DNA of 63,584 nucleotides, filler included, from Reticulomyxa filosa (Eukaryota; Protista; Foraminifera): NCBI GenBank assembly GCA_000512085.1. It is 14 parts of 14 records of this genome, joined end to end, with 100 filler letters (N's around TTAATTAATTAA, not from the genome) between each part and the next. Parts side by side here need not be neighbours in the genome. Positions count along the whole stretch, not along the records: positions 1 to 2,535 come from ASPP01002107.1; positions 2,636 to 4,192 come from ASPP01001678.1; positions 4,293 to 5,852 come from ASPP01023358.1; positions 5,953 to 8,533 come from ASPP01013860.1; positions 8,634 to 9,666 come from ASPP01032969.1; positions 9,767 to 10,807 come from ASPP01034494.1; positions 10,908 to 12,104 come from ASPP01019366.1; 7 more parts are not named here. One strand, written 5' to 3'. The notes under the pieces were generated by a model that was not told the DNA's origin, made no database searches, and was given only the letters and a program-made list of their open reading frames with translations. A program made the translations under genes and the position numbers. This document shows, piece after piece, positions 1-11,459 of the stretch (its first letter is position 1; every line of letters starts with the position of its first letter).

Positions 1-2535
1 TATTTCACTCATCGAAATGCCTCCAAACAAAAAGATTCTGATTTTATTCAAGATTTACTTGGCACAATCAAACGTGTGGAAATAATTGAGGACAATGTAG
101 ATAGATGTAAGGTATATATTTCAATTTTGCAAAAATTGAATTCCAAGATTGGAAATAAACTCATTCCCAAAATGCAAATTTTGAAAGAAATGGTGTCACA
201 TGGATATGTGAATAATAATCTTGCTTTGTATTCAGACGAAGCAATACGGTTGAATCGTTGTTTGGAATTGATGCTTTTGAAGAATGAAGTAAATAATAAT
301 AGCAAAGATTGGACGCAGTTATGTGATAAAAGTAATACCTCTGATCTTGGTTGCATTGTAAAAATTTCAAAAGTGAAAGTGGATATTACCAAACTTATTT
401 TCATCATGGTTAATGGAGATATTGATCTGACACAACTTGAGGAAAACCAGAGTGTATTTAATTCACTGGAAGAAATGAGTAAATTATTGTTGGATTTCAG
501 TAGTTGTTATAAACAGTATGAACGTGCTTTGTATGTGTGGTTTTTGAAACAACTTTGCGTGCGGAAAGGAATCCATTGGATTGAGATTATATTCACACCA
601 TCAGATACTGGCATAAACTTTCCTTTTTTTACAAGATTAAAAACAAGCAATATATTTTGTTTGTTACGTACAAGAACGTTGCACAATAATTCTTTCAATC
701 CTTTTATTGGAGTGTATGGAAATATCAATTATATGGACAACATAAAGCAAATTATGAATAAAGGATTCGTAATTGAAAGTAGTAATTACTCTTTGGATAT
801 ATCTATTTCCCCTCAAATGATAGCAGAATCGCTGTCATTGATCAATTTCTATGATCGATATACCAGTAATCAAGTGCAAAGTTAGTTATTTTGTATTTTT
901 GTTTGCCTATTTTCTCCACAAGTTTTTTCATTATTTAAAACAAATGATCAATGACAGATCTATTAGCATATATTCAAAAGAATGACTCATTGAAACTCCA
1001 AAAACAAAAAATCTTTTGGCAAATCTTCACTCATTGGACCACTTCCAAAAATGATCAATTTTTTGCCAGAGATACAATTGATGTCATTGTAACAAGATTG
1101 GGTTTCCATTTCGTGTCCATTCTCCCATTTATGAAACAGAATCCATTTCAATTGCTATTGGTTGATTCCGGGTCATTTTTGCTCGCATCAATTGAGCATG
1201 AAACAGTCTTAAATGAGCCTTTGAAAGTGCACTATTGTTCAAACAATCATGCACTATTAATCGACGGATCAGACGACCTTCTGAAACAAGTGAAATGCCA
1301 AATAAATGGTTGTGAAGGCACTATCATCAAAACAATTTCTAAAAAGTCGACTCAATGGAAGGATACGATAGACATGAAAGGTTGGTTTATATTGAAAAGA
1401 TATCATTCATTTCCCAAAAAAACAGAGCCAAGCACGTTGAAACCTTTAACGTTCATATTAGTGCGATTGTTATATCATTTATTATTATTTTTACGAAATG
1501 AAAGTGTTCCGCAAGATACTGAGAAGATTCAACAATTGCTAAAACAAAGTAATAAAGACAAAGTATCCAAATATTTATGGAAAAAAATCAAACGTGAATT
1601 CAAAAGATTGCAAATGATAACAAATTTGAATGAAGAACTGTTATGTGTTGCTCTTCATTTGTGGATTAAAGATTTCCATGAAAAATTTGAAACATGGTAT
1701 CCTAAAGGCTTGCTTAATAACACTTTAGAAGTGGTTTATGAATTTGAAGAGAAGCTAGACAAAGAGTACTCGACATTCTTTAATCGCAAAACTGAGTTTA
1801 TTAAACTTCGAAACAAAAGTGAAACTGAATCAAATCATTACAACATGAGGTTATTCGAATTGATGAGCGAAATTGAAGAAACCAAAGAATTGAATGAGTG
1901 TTATAAGATAGAGCATCTTTCACAATTATTTTTGGAAATTCGGCCATTGTCATGGAGAAATTTATCTTCTGTGTTTAATGCGAATCCATCTCTGGCCAAT
2001 AATTATCCATTGATTGCCCAATTGTTGAATTGGGATCAAGGTATCTGGTATCTGCAATATCTTCCAGTTATTGCAAATTTGATCAAATATGTCCACAATG
2101 AATACTCTCGACAATTATTGCCAGATGAATTATATCAAATAAAAATAGTTGACATATTGACACAAAAACATCAATGTAAGACATGGTGGGGACATCTCAT
2201 ACTTTGTTGGAATTACTTTACAAACCAAAAATTGAAATATAATTATCAAAATATTCCAATTGAACAATTTTGTGTTATTAATTCCGATGCAAATAATTCA
2301 CAGTTCAATATTTATCAAATAATTCGATTTTTAGAACAGCAACAAAATGAATTCCTGAAAAAGTTTGAGCGATTCAAGTCTTCATATATCCAGATCATTG
2401 AAGAGAAGAAAGAAGATCCCTTACCACCACATCTCGATGACAATGGACAACACATTTGGAAATACCTTTTTGATATCACAAAATATGATACTTTATGTTT
2501 TAATGAAGTAAAATTAAATAAAATTGTTGAGCGAC
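1..2535 (+). CDS. RNF213/mysterin-like large E3 protein, C-terminal region (partial at both ends), with degenerate RZ zinc finger
   Basis: ORFs 76-885 and 951-2535 join in frame through a GT..AG intron at 881-957. YCSNNH..IDGS..KCQINGC resembles the RZ finger. It is followed by LKPLTFILVRLLYHLLL and WYLQYLPVIANLIKYV, which resemble RNF213 C-terminal motifs in the same order. Confidence 0.65.
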
Positions 2536-2635
2536 NNNNNNNNNNNNNNNNNNNNNNNNNNNNNNNNNNNNNNNNNNNNTTAATTAATTAANNNNNNNNN
2601 NNNNNNNNNNNNNNNNNNNNNNNNNNNNNNNNNNN
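2536..2635. other. Artificial contig-joining spacer N44-TTAATTAATTAA-N44 (first of 13)
   Basis: Identical 100-nt spacers occur at 2536-2635, 4193-4292, 5853-5952, 8534-8633, 9667-9766, 10808-10907, 12105-12204, 20997-21096, 38506-38605, 52463-52562, 53997-54096, 56709-56808 and 61272-61371. The core places stop codons in all six frames. Confidence 0.98.
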
Positions 2636-2643
2636 TTAGAGCA

Positions 2644-3652
2644 TTTGATCCGATATGATTTTCATTTGCTTGAAGAAAGGAAAATGGAAACATCAAAGTA
2701 AAACATGATTTTGAACAAATACTGTAATTTTCAAACGTTTTTGTTGTCACAAACTAGACAGAGTAACGTAAAAGAGGGAGCAGTTCTACCAAACCAAAAA
2801 AACTCTCTTAAAAGTCGTTTTAAGGTAGATTTTCGTTTTTTTCCAAGAGAAGACAACTTAGAAAAACAAAAATTGAAAGTGCAATTTGCTTGTCTCTTGG
2901 CTACTCGTACTTCTCTGCACCAGAAACATTTACGACAGATTACGACAACTTCCTCAAATATTTCTGCATTTTTCCGAATCAAAATAACATGAAATCTCCA
3001 CAACATTTGTAGCTGTGACAACGACCGCTTGAAATACTTTCGATGATGTCATCATCTTGCGCAATTTCTTTCTGTTCTGCTTTGCATATTATCAACAAGT
3101 GTTACAGCAAGTTTTCTTTGAAAAAGTCTTAGCAAATCTGAAATTTGATTAGAATGACCAGGACAAACATGCTTTGTGCAGTCTCATTTGAAGGTATTGA
3201 TATGTATTTGTGATTGAATGTCTCTTTGAAAACAAAAGTAATCAATTTAGTGAGTATTAGCCTTCTTAAAATATCAAACAGTTTTCAAAAGACTTTTTCT
3301 CAGATGTCATTGAAAAGGCTATTTCAAAGTATATAAATACATCATTGTTAAAAGGTTAAAAATTCAGATGGTTAGAATGTTAAACGTTTTTCTCTTTGCC
3401 ATGCAAGCAAAAAGTAGTTGTCTCTTTGAAATTATTTTATCAGAAAAAGAAAGAAAAAGATGGTCTATCGAAGAAGCCATAGTAAAAAACGACAAAAGCA
3501 TTAATTGAGTCTCAGCAGTTGGTAGCATTAGCCTTCAGTCCTTTCCAATTTGCCTGCAAAGCAAAAACATTACAAAGGAAAAAATAAAAAAAATGGAACC
3601 AACCCCTTTTCGGGCCTTTGATCCGATATGATTTTCATTTGCTTGAAGAAAG
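2644..3652 (+). repeat. Exact 36-bp direct repeat pair (2644-2679 and 3617-3652)
   Basis: TTTGATCCGATATGATTTTCATTTGCTTGAAGAAAG occurs twice, 973 bp apart, in a contig with no convincing intact ORF. Confidence 0.9.
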
Positions 3653-5256
3653 CAAGAAATGCATTGAAAAAACAAAAATAAACACAATTTTGGATAAATA
3701 GGTGCATTTTTAAACTTATTTCTTATTAAAAATGCATTGGAAAAAAGTAACAAGGTGTATCAAATCAAAAAACTCTAGAAAACGTATTGCAGAGTTGCAC
3801 TGGCTTCTTCTCCTCTTGTATTGACACCTTGCGAGGTCCCAGTTAAAAGTATTTGAATTGTTTTTAGTTTTTGTGCAATTTGTTGAAGAAACAAACCACA
3901 AGTAACGTACGCTGATTATGAATACGATTTACTTATTATTTGTGAAAAAACTACGGCAGTACTTTTCATTATTCCTTTGAAATTAAAACAATGCTAGTAA
4001 TAAAAATGTAAGAACAACTGACTCACTGCATCAAAAATATTTGCCTTTCCTTGTTATTAGGAAGCTCATTGTTGCTGGTTCAAAGAAGACTGTTTTTTTA
4101 GTTAAAAAATGAAAGTACGCATACATTTGGCACCTTTTTGGATTGCATTTATTTGAATAATGAAATGTTCAACAACATCAAATAATACAATTNNNNNNNN
4201 NNNNNNNNNNNNNNNNNNNNNNNNNNNNNNNNNNNNTTAATTAATTAANNNNNNNNNNNNNNNNNNNNNNNNNNNNNNNNNNNNNNNNNNNNAGGTGCCA
4301 TTTTATGTGTCAACTTTACTTTGCATTCTATTGTATTTGTTTTTCATAGAAAATCTACTATCTTCATAAGGGTGCCAGTTAAGTATTGTAGTTTTCTTTG
4401 CAATCTACTGTAAATTTTACCACACCGTCCCGAAATTGAAAACAAAATTGGCAGTATATCATACATAAATTGAAGTTGTCATAACCAAATCTGCAATCAT
4501 GTTACGTATTGAACTTTTAAAAAATTTTTGTTGATTAAACAAAAAAATTTCTTTACTTAAAAAATACTCTTTTTATCTTTGTACAACAAATAGAAATCGA
4601 TTTTCAAAATTTTTTTCAAAAATCTTCATCTACATAGCTATTGTTCATATTTATAAATCATGCTAATAAGTCAAATCAAATGTTACATATGTTTCAGTGA
4701 AAATATTAATTTGTAAAGAGTTTTAAAGTAAGACTTAAACATAAAACATTACAAATATTGTAGCAATCTTTTTTTTTAATTTAAATTAAATTGTGTTGAC
4801 ATTGTAAGTTTAAGGCATTGGGCAATTTGGTTTTTTGTTTTGCTTTTACGCACTAAGTCCTATTTGGATATGATGGGCAAACTGGTATCGCATGTTTTAG
4901 CGCTAATATGAGCCGTGCATTCTCTAAAAAAAAATGAGCAATCAAAGCCAAATGATCATAATGAAAAAATTCTCTCACTGCACATTAGTCAATAAATGTT
5001 TAAATACTTTCATGCACATTAAATCAATTGTTGTTTTTTGATTTAATATGTTGACTTTATCTCATAAATTAAGACAATTCTAATTTTTGATATTTCTGTG
5101 TCTGACGTTGATTTTTTAAAACTTGGCAGTGAAAAAAGAGACTACAAAAAAAAAACTCTTTGTAAAATTTTTTGAAGACTATTGCTAAACAAAGCAAAAA
5201 GTTTTTTTTGTGAAATAGTCATTTGAATGTAATGATCTATATTTTATAAATTTTTT

Positions 5257-5830
5257 CTACGTGATTTTCTTCATATCTCTGGTCTGTTGCTTCAATTTCA
5301 AATCAACACGGTCAATTTTATCTTCAATTGAGTTCAAAAGAACATCTTGTCTTCTTAATTCCATGTTCATGTCATCCGTCATTACATGGATACGTTTGAC
5401 CCCTTTCAATACTTGATCCAACTTTTCATCAAGTTCGTCATTATGAGTTTCATAAGCCTAAAAAAAATAATTTAAAAAATGCAAACAAGGAAAGATTGGA
5501 GAGAGAAGAGATTCGATTACAGCGAAATAACTTGTTGTTGATCTTGACCATTGATTTGCGATTTATTGACCGACGAGCCTTGTTGAGTATTGCCATATCT
5601 GCTAGTGAAATCGCCACGTGCACATGCATGTATGCAATTCACCCAATCAATAGCCTCGGATTCGTTAGGAGCCTGAAGCCACCATTTGCGAGATTTTGTT
5701 TGAAGAAAGAACCATCCTGTCGCATATGCAAATAAATCCCATCACACAACAAGAGGCTAGTGAGCAATGAGACATAGCCCTTGGGCAAGTCATGTGTTAG
5801 CAATAGTTCATTTGCTACCATGTTAATGTT
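5257..5830 (-). CDS. SNARE protein 3' end, SNAP-25-like C-terminal Qc-SNARE motif without a TM anchor (partial)
   Basis: The last exon, 5457-5257, translates AYETHNDELDEKLDQVLKGVKRIHVMTDDMNMELRRQDVLLNSIEDKIDRVDLKLKQQTRDMKKIT*. It has the heptad pattern with zero-layer Q in ELRRQD and stops directly after the motif. An upstream exon supplies a Q/N/S-rich linker. Confidence 0.8.
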
Positions 5831-5982
5831 ATCACATACACATATATATATANNNNNNNNNNNNNNNNNNNNNNNNNNNNNNNNNNNNNNNNNNNNTTAA
5901 TTAATTAANNNNNNNNNNNNNNNNNNNNNNNNNNNNNNNNNNNNNNNNNNNNCCCCCCCCTCCCCCTTCTCTCCTCCTTATT

Positions 5983-7816
5983 TCATATTGCCATTCTTTG
6001 GAGGAGAAAACAAAACAGTTGCTTTGCTGCCACATCAAAAGCAATGTTTCCCAATTGTTCGTTTGTTTTTGAATCCGGGGGCTGGCTTTTCACTTTTTGC
6101 AAATTTTCGCGCAAGTATTTCAAAGCAATTTTGATGGCAGGCTCGCCCAATACTTTGAATACCTTCCCCAAGGCAATTGCGCTATCCTCACGAATGGGCG
6201 GAACATCTAGCATTTTTATTTATTTATTCCAACATTTGTATGTGGCGATTTATTGTTGTAGCAGTTCCAACTGCCTTTCTTTTTTCTTTTCCGATATAAC
6301 TCTCCCCTCCCCCCCCCTTTGCAGTTCAAAAAAAAAAAAGTATGTACATGTATATGTATATACTTTTAAGTGTATATGTTATATATATATTATGTGTATC
6401 TGTATATGTATATGTATATGTATATGTGTGTACACGGTAGTGACTCAACTGTCAGATAAATGTTCATACCACAAACGGTAGAGCTCGTCCAGACGTTGTT
6501 TCGACTCATTTGGAAACGTCGACGCAAAGTCGCCCAGCGCTAGTACCGTTTTCACATACAAATTGTGTGTTCACAGTGTTTTTATATCTGGCAAACACGA
6601 AATGTGAAACACAACAACAAACCAATGCACGCTGCATCGCGAACAGCCCAAGCCTCATCTTTGAAACATGCCATAAGTGCTTCCACAAGTGTTGTTACAT
6701 GTTTACTGACAGCCTTTTTTAATATATGTATACACATATACATACATATATAAATACATATACATATATAACAGAAATTCAAAAAACTACAAGTTTAAAC
6801 TACTGTAGGAAACATCAAAGAAATAAATTATTCCCCCCCTTCCCTCCCTCCCCTTTTTTTGGTTTGGTTTTGGGATTGACGCCAGAACTTGATGATCCAC
6901 TTTGGTGGCCAGTTCGACAATGCAATGACAAGCCGCTTGTCGAACCGTATGATTATCAGCTCTGGCTTGTTGAGCGAAATAGACGACAATATCATCAATG
7001 AACTCGGCGACCAGTCCCGCACCGCTTTCGAGTCCTTGACTGAATACCAATTTCTTCCACGACTCCAACACGTGTATCCGCACACCGGCTGCCGTGTAGT
7101 ATCGATTCAAACACAGTGGAGGCAACAGGATCGGGAAATATTCTCGGTGGTGCTCAACCACCACCGTGTCAAAAAATGCTCGCGCTGCCAATGACGATGC
7201 TACAAAATCAATATATGTATATATGTATACACATATAATATAATTAGTAATAAGAAAAGATAATATAATCAAAAAATGAAACACACAACGTCATTACAAA
7301 AAAAAAAAAAAAATACCATATCGAACTTGGCTCCAATTATCACTAAGACCAGCTCGGATGACTTTTGCAATTCTAATGCCCACTCTTTTTTTGTTTGTTT
7401 GTTTATATATTTTGGTTGGTTGATTCAACAATTCGAAACGAATACGACATTCATAGACATATACTTCTTATGAAGGGTTATGTTACGATGCATATAGCCA
7501 AAAAAAAAAAAAAAGGGAGGGTAAACCCCTTTTTTTTTTTTTTTTTTTTTTTGTGAAAAGGGTCAGATTGTCAAAACTTTTCCAATCCTTTTGACGAATG
7601 GGATTTGCAAATCGATTCGAAAGATTGAAGGGTGACTTCTCGGACAAAGCGGTTGATATGAGCCGCAGTGCGCTCGAGCAGTTGCAACAGCTCCTCGGTC
7701 ATTTCCGCTTCAAAGCGTTTGCCTAAGCCAACAATAATTTGTTCCAATGTTTTCATCGCCGACCACAAGCACTTCCATCCCTCCGTGTCGTGCTATTCGT
7801 TGTATTTTATTATTGG

Positions 7817-7848
<32 letters not shown>

Positions 7849-8452
7849 TTACTCGTTTGTTTTTGTGTACACAATGCATTTGCATTCGTTCTAACGTTTA
7901 GCAGTTTATGCATACGTATACATACATATACATATATATGTGGATGTATATATACGTATACATACACATATACATATATATATATATATATATATATGAC
8001 AAAAGTGAGGATTGATGAAAGCAATTGAACAAAATAGAAAGAAATTGTACAAGTGTGGAAAGGAGACATGGTTATTTAACTCGCAAAGTGGTTGCTTTTT
8101 TAGGGATATGAGTAGCCTCAGTATCATGAGCATCGACATGATCCGCTGTTGTTGTCGTTATTGTTGTCGTAGTTGTTGTCATTGTTGTTGTCGTTGTTGC
8201 TGTCATTGTTGTTGTTGTTGTTGTCGCAGTGACAGTCACTTGGTCTGGTTTTTTTTCGTGGAGTTTAATTTGCTCGATTTCGGTCAATTGTACGGGGATC
8301 ACTCCTGTATCTTTGTGCGAGTCACTGTGATCGTGTCTGTGCAATGTCTTTTCGGTCTGTTTTTCGTCTGTCAATCGATGCACACCCTCCGGCCCGTCTG
8401 GTCCGGCTCGTTCAAAATTTTCCTCAATCAAACGAAAGATATCACTATTCAA
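5983..8452 (-). CDS. Multi-exon HEAT/ARM-repeat protein (partial)
   Basis: Exon-like ORFs separated by microsatellite introns carry HEAT-type motifs: AHINRFVREVTLQSFESIC, ADNHTVRQAACHCIVELA, DEAWAVRDAACIG and DVPPIREDSAIALGKV. Confidence 0.75.
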
Positions 8453-8488
8453 TTTTTTTTTTTTTAGTTAATTTTTTTTTGGGTACTT

Positions 8489-8522
<34 letters not shown>

Positions 8523-8633
8523 CTCCCTTTTTTNNNNNNNNNNNNNNNNNNNNNNNNNNNNNNNNNNNNNNNNNNNNTTAATTAATTAANNNNNNNNNNN
8601 NNNNNNNNNNNNNNNNNNNNNNNNNNNNNNNNN

Positions 8634-9160
8634 TTTCTTTTTGTTCGATTTGTCCATTTTTTGCGTCATTGAAGCTATTAGCAAATTGGATAAATTGTTG
8701 TTCGCTGATATCAACTGCAAAATGAACAAATAATGTACGGAAATTTCCAGAAAATGTGTGCTAATACTTTTCTGGACAACAAATTCTTGTTCTTTAATTC
8801 AAGGAACTTAATCACTGATGTTGCTGATCGAAGTTCTTTGGATTTAATTGGAGTTATGGCTATCGTTGAAACATTGGTCGAGTTTTCATATTCTTTTTCC
8901 ACATGTTCTCGAATGTAACTCATCAGCTTTCTTTTCGTCGTTGTGTCGCGAATTTGAACTTGACACAACAACTTACAAAGTTGAGTGATAATGCTTTGCC
9001 TTCTTCACTTCTTCATTTATTAATCCATCATCTGGTGTTTTCCTTTTTGTTGTGTTTCTTTTGATGTTATTATTATCGACATCCATCTTGTTCTGCTGCT
9101 TTGCTGTTCCATAATCTTGGGAATTCGATAGCAATTGATTTACTAGTGGCAGACATGCTC
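8634..9160 (-). pseudogene. Frameshifted, intronless basic ORF; possible ORF1/gag-like N-terminus of a non-LTR retroelement
   Basis: The reading frame from ATG ~9156 is broken by frameshifts (MSATSKSIAIEFP / MDVDNNNIKRNTTKRKTPDD / LMSYIREHVEKE..STIAITPIKS..). It has no introns and is preceded by a GC-rich structured leader. No RT is visible in this short contig. Confidence 0.3.
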
Positions 9161-9879
9161 GGAAGTGTAGTTAACATGTCTTACCATTAGATCGGGTGCT
9201 TGAACCAATCCCATGTTCTTGCAGTAGAGCCGATTGGGGTAAAGACCTTGCCTCGACCGTCCGGATCGCTTTCACAAGCCTTGTTATCAGCGAGTGGGTT
9301 TCGGTTTTGCCCGATGTTCAGTAGAAGTTACCCAACCCTCGGAGTTCTGTCAAAGAAAAAAGACTGTTATTTGTCTCGATATTGTCAGAAGGCGTCGAAC
9401 ACCCTTAAGGCTAAGCTAGGATCGATACCCTCTCACAAGCCGCCCGTTGCCAGTAAAGGAGTTACTATCTCAATTACCAGGAGCTTGCACCTCGGTACAC
9501 TTAAAGCAACTGATGTCAATATAGGTGGTAAGTTTTAAAGCACTTCCACATCTCACAGTCACACAACACATAAGATGCAGAACCGACGACAATAGCCCCC
9601 CGAAATGGTGAAGATTAAAAACCACACAATACTAGCAATATCACAAAAATCCAACTACTATAAAAANNNNNNNNNNNNNNNNNNNNNNNNNNNNNNNNNN
9701 NNNNNNNNNNTTAATTAATTAANNNNNNNNNNNNNNNNNNNNNNNNNNNNNNNNNNNNNNNNNNNNATGCCGAAATGATCAAAAACTGCACATGCGAAGG
9801 AAAAAGAGTACCCAAGAATATAAAGAGAAAGGTGCAACAACAACAGCAAAAAACAACAAATTACTTTGTTTTTCGAATG

Positions 9880-10807
9880 ATTTGAGAAATGAATTATTTT
9901 TTTTGTCAAGACTTCCCAAGGTGCCTTCTAAGGGACGAAAAGTGTCAATGAATTCCATGATTTCTTTTCCATTGCGCATATCGCGAAATTTTGTTCAAAG
10001 ACCGCGCGAAAGCCGCTGTCAGCTTACAGTAAGACAGTGACATGTTGAATTTTCATGAGAGATTCTTTCAAGTCCATGTCCCATTTTTGTAAAACGCGTC
10101 CATAACTTGTGAGTCCAGTTGAATGCGTTCGGTCAATTCCTGTGCTGAGCACTTTGGTTTTTTATGAGCCATGGTGACCAAGTATTCCTCCACCATTTCC
10201 ACACAGGAAACTTTGACAAAGATATTTTGAAAGAAGTAGCGTTCGCACATACATTTTTCGTCATCTTGGAAGAACTCATCCAAAGTTTTTTCCCAGCTTT
10301 AAATGAGTTCAGGACACTCAACCCATTCTTTGGTGAAATAGGTATCAAAGATTTTGGGTTTGATGATTTGGTCCATCATCAATTGCACGACATACCGAAC
10401 ACAGAGCGTGGCCAAATTGGTGACGCGCAGAGTATCATCACATAATTTTTCTTTATCGCCATCTTCCAAGTTGTACAATTCAGCATTGTCGTCCAAAATG
10501 AATACGTCCATGCGTTCCTTCAGCTTTTCGCTGATATCGTTGACAGCTGTTGATAAGCGCGCACAAATACAGATCACTCCAATTTTCTACTTTTCGTCCA
10601 CGTGCTGTTGGAGCATTTTGTCGAAAGCCATCCATGCACTTCAAGATCATTTGCACTTGAACGAGGGCATGTCCCTTGAGCTTTTCTTGTGCCGTGTTAA
10701 ACTGATGGTTCAAAATGGTGAACAAGTCCTGCTGCGTGTGCGTATGTGGGACATCATTTATCATCACCTCTTTGCACGTTTTCATTTCCTCCTCCAAAAT
10801 GTTGTCC
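9880..10807 (-). CDS. SEC6: Exocyst subunit Sec6/EXOC3-like C-terminal region with frame disruptions (partial)
   Basis: Stitched frames give DLFTILNHQF, YLCALINSC, IFDTYFTKEW, TLDEFFQD, VEMVEEYLVTM and LTERIQLDSQVMDAFY, matching the Sec6 helical-bundle pattern. There is an in-frame TAA at 10299-10301 and a frameshift near 10535. Confidence 0.65.
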
Positions 10808-11390
10808 NNNNNNNNNNNNNNNNNNNNNNNNNNNNNNNNNNNNNNNNNNNNTTAATTAATTAANNNNNNNNNNNNNNNNNNNNNNNNNNNNNNNNNNNNN
10901 NNNNNNNATTATAAAAGAATTTTGATAATTATATTTTTTCATTGAATCATTTGATTGTTTTTACAAGTTCAGACAGAAGATTCTACGCTTGATGAAGCCT
11001 CCAATTGATTTTTTAAGTAGTTTTATAGTGTAAAGATGAAAACTCGTTCGTTCTCTTTGCAGACAATTTTGTGATAAATATTTATATTCCAAAGTACATA
11101 AAACAAATGAGTGTCGTTTTTTTTTTTATAAAAAACTATTAGAAATAGTATTATGAATATCGTATAAATCTCTTGGTTGCAAAAAAGAAAAGTAGTTTGA
11201 GAAGTCTGTAAGTGAATAACTTGACTCCCTTTTTTTAATCAAATGCTTAAATTTGTACCGTCTCTCTATATCTAGCACATTCTTGTATTTCCTTTGTAAA
11301 TTCGTAACAATCTTTCGGCATTTAACTAACTTTTTGAAAATGACTAAAGAAAAAACTGTTCGTATTACACTTTTGCAGCTTCTTATGTAA

Positions 11391-11440
11391 AAATGATGAA
11401 AAATGATTAAAAATGATGAAAAATGATGAAAAATGATGAA
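11391..11440 (+). repeat. 10-bp tandem repeat (AAATGATGAA)x5
   Basis: Directly visible. One unit has a G>T change, and an A-rich run follows to 11459. Confidence 0.9.
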
Positions 11441-11459
11441 AAAAAATGAAAAAAAAAAC

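Noticed and set aside
2580-2591. Recurrent TTAATTAATTAA palindrome as a biological motif or repeat array
   Set aside because: It is always centred in exactly 44+44 Ns, so it is an artificial six-frame-stop linker.
8900-8990. R2-type C2H2 zinc finger (CKLLC...YIREH)
   Set aside because: The spacing is wrong and the first His is missing.
9262-9295. Hammerhead ribozyme (minus strand CTGATAA-stem-GAAA)
   Set aside because: The core reads CUGAUAA rather than CUGANGA, and stems I and III with an NUH site cannot be formed.
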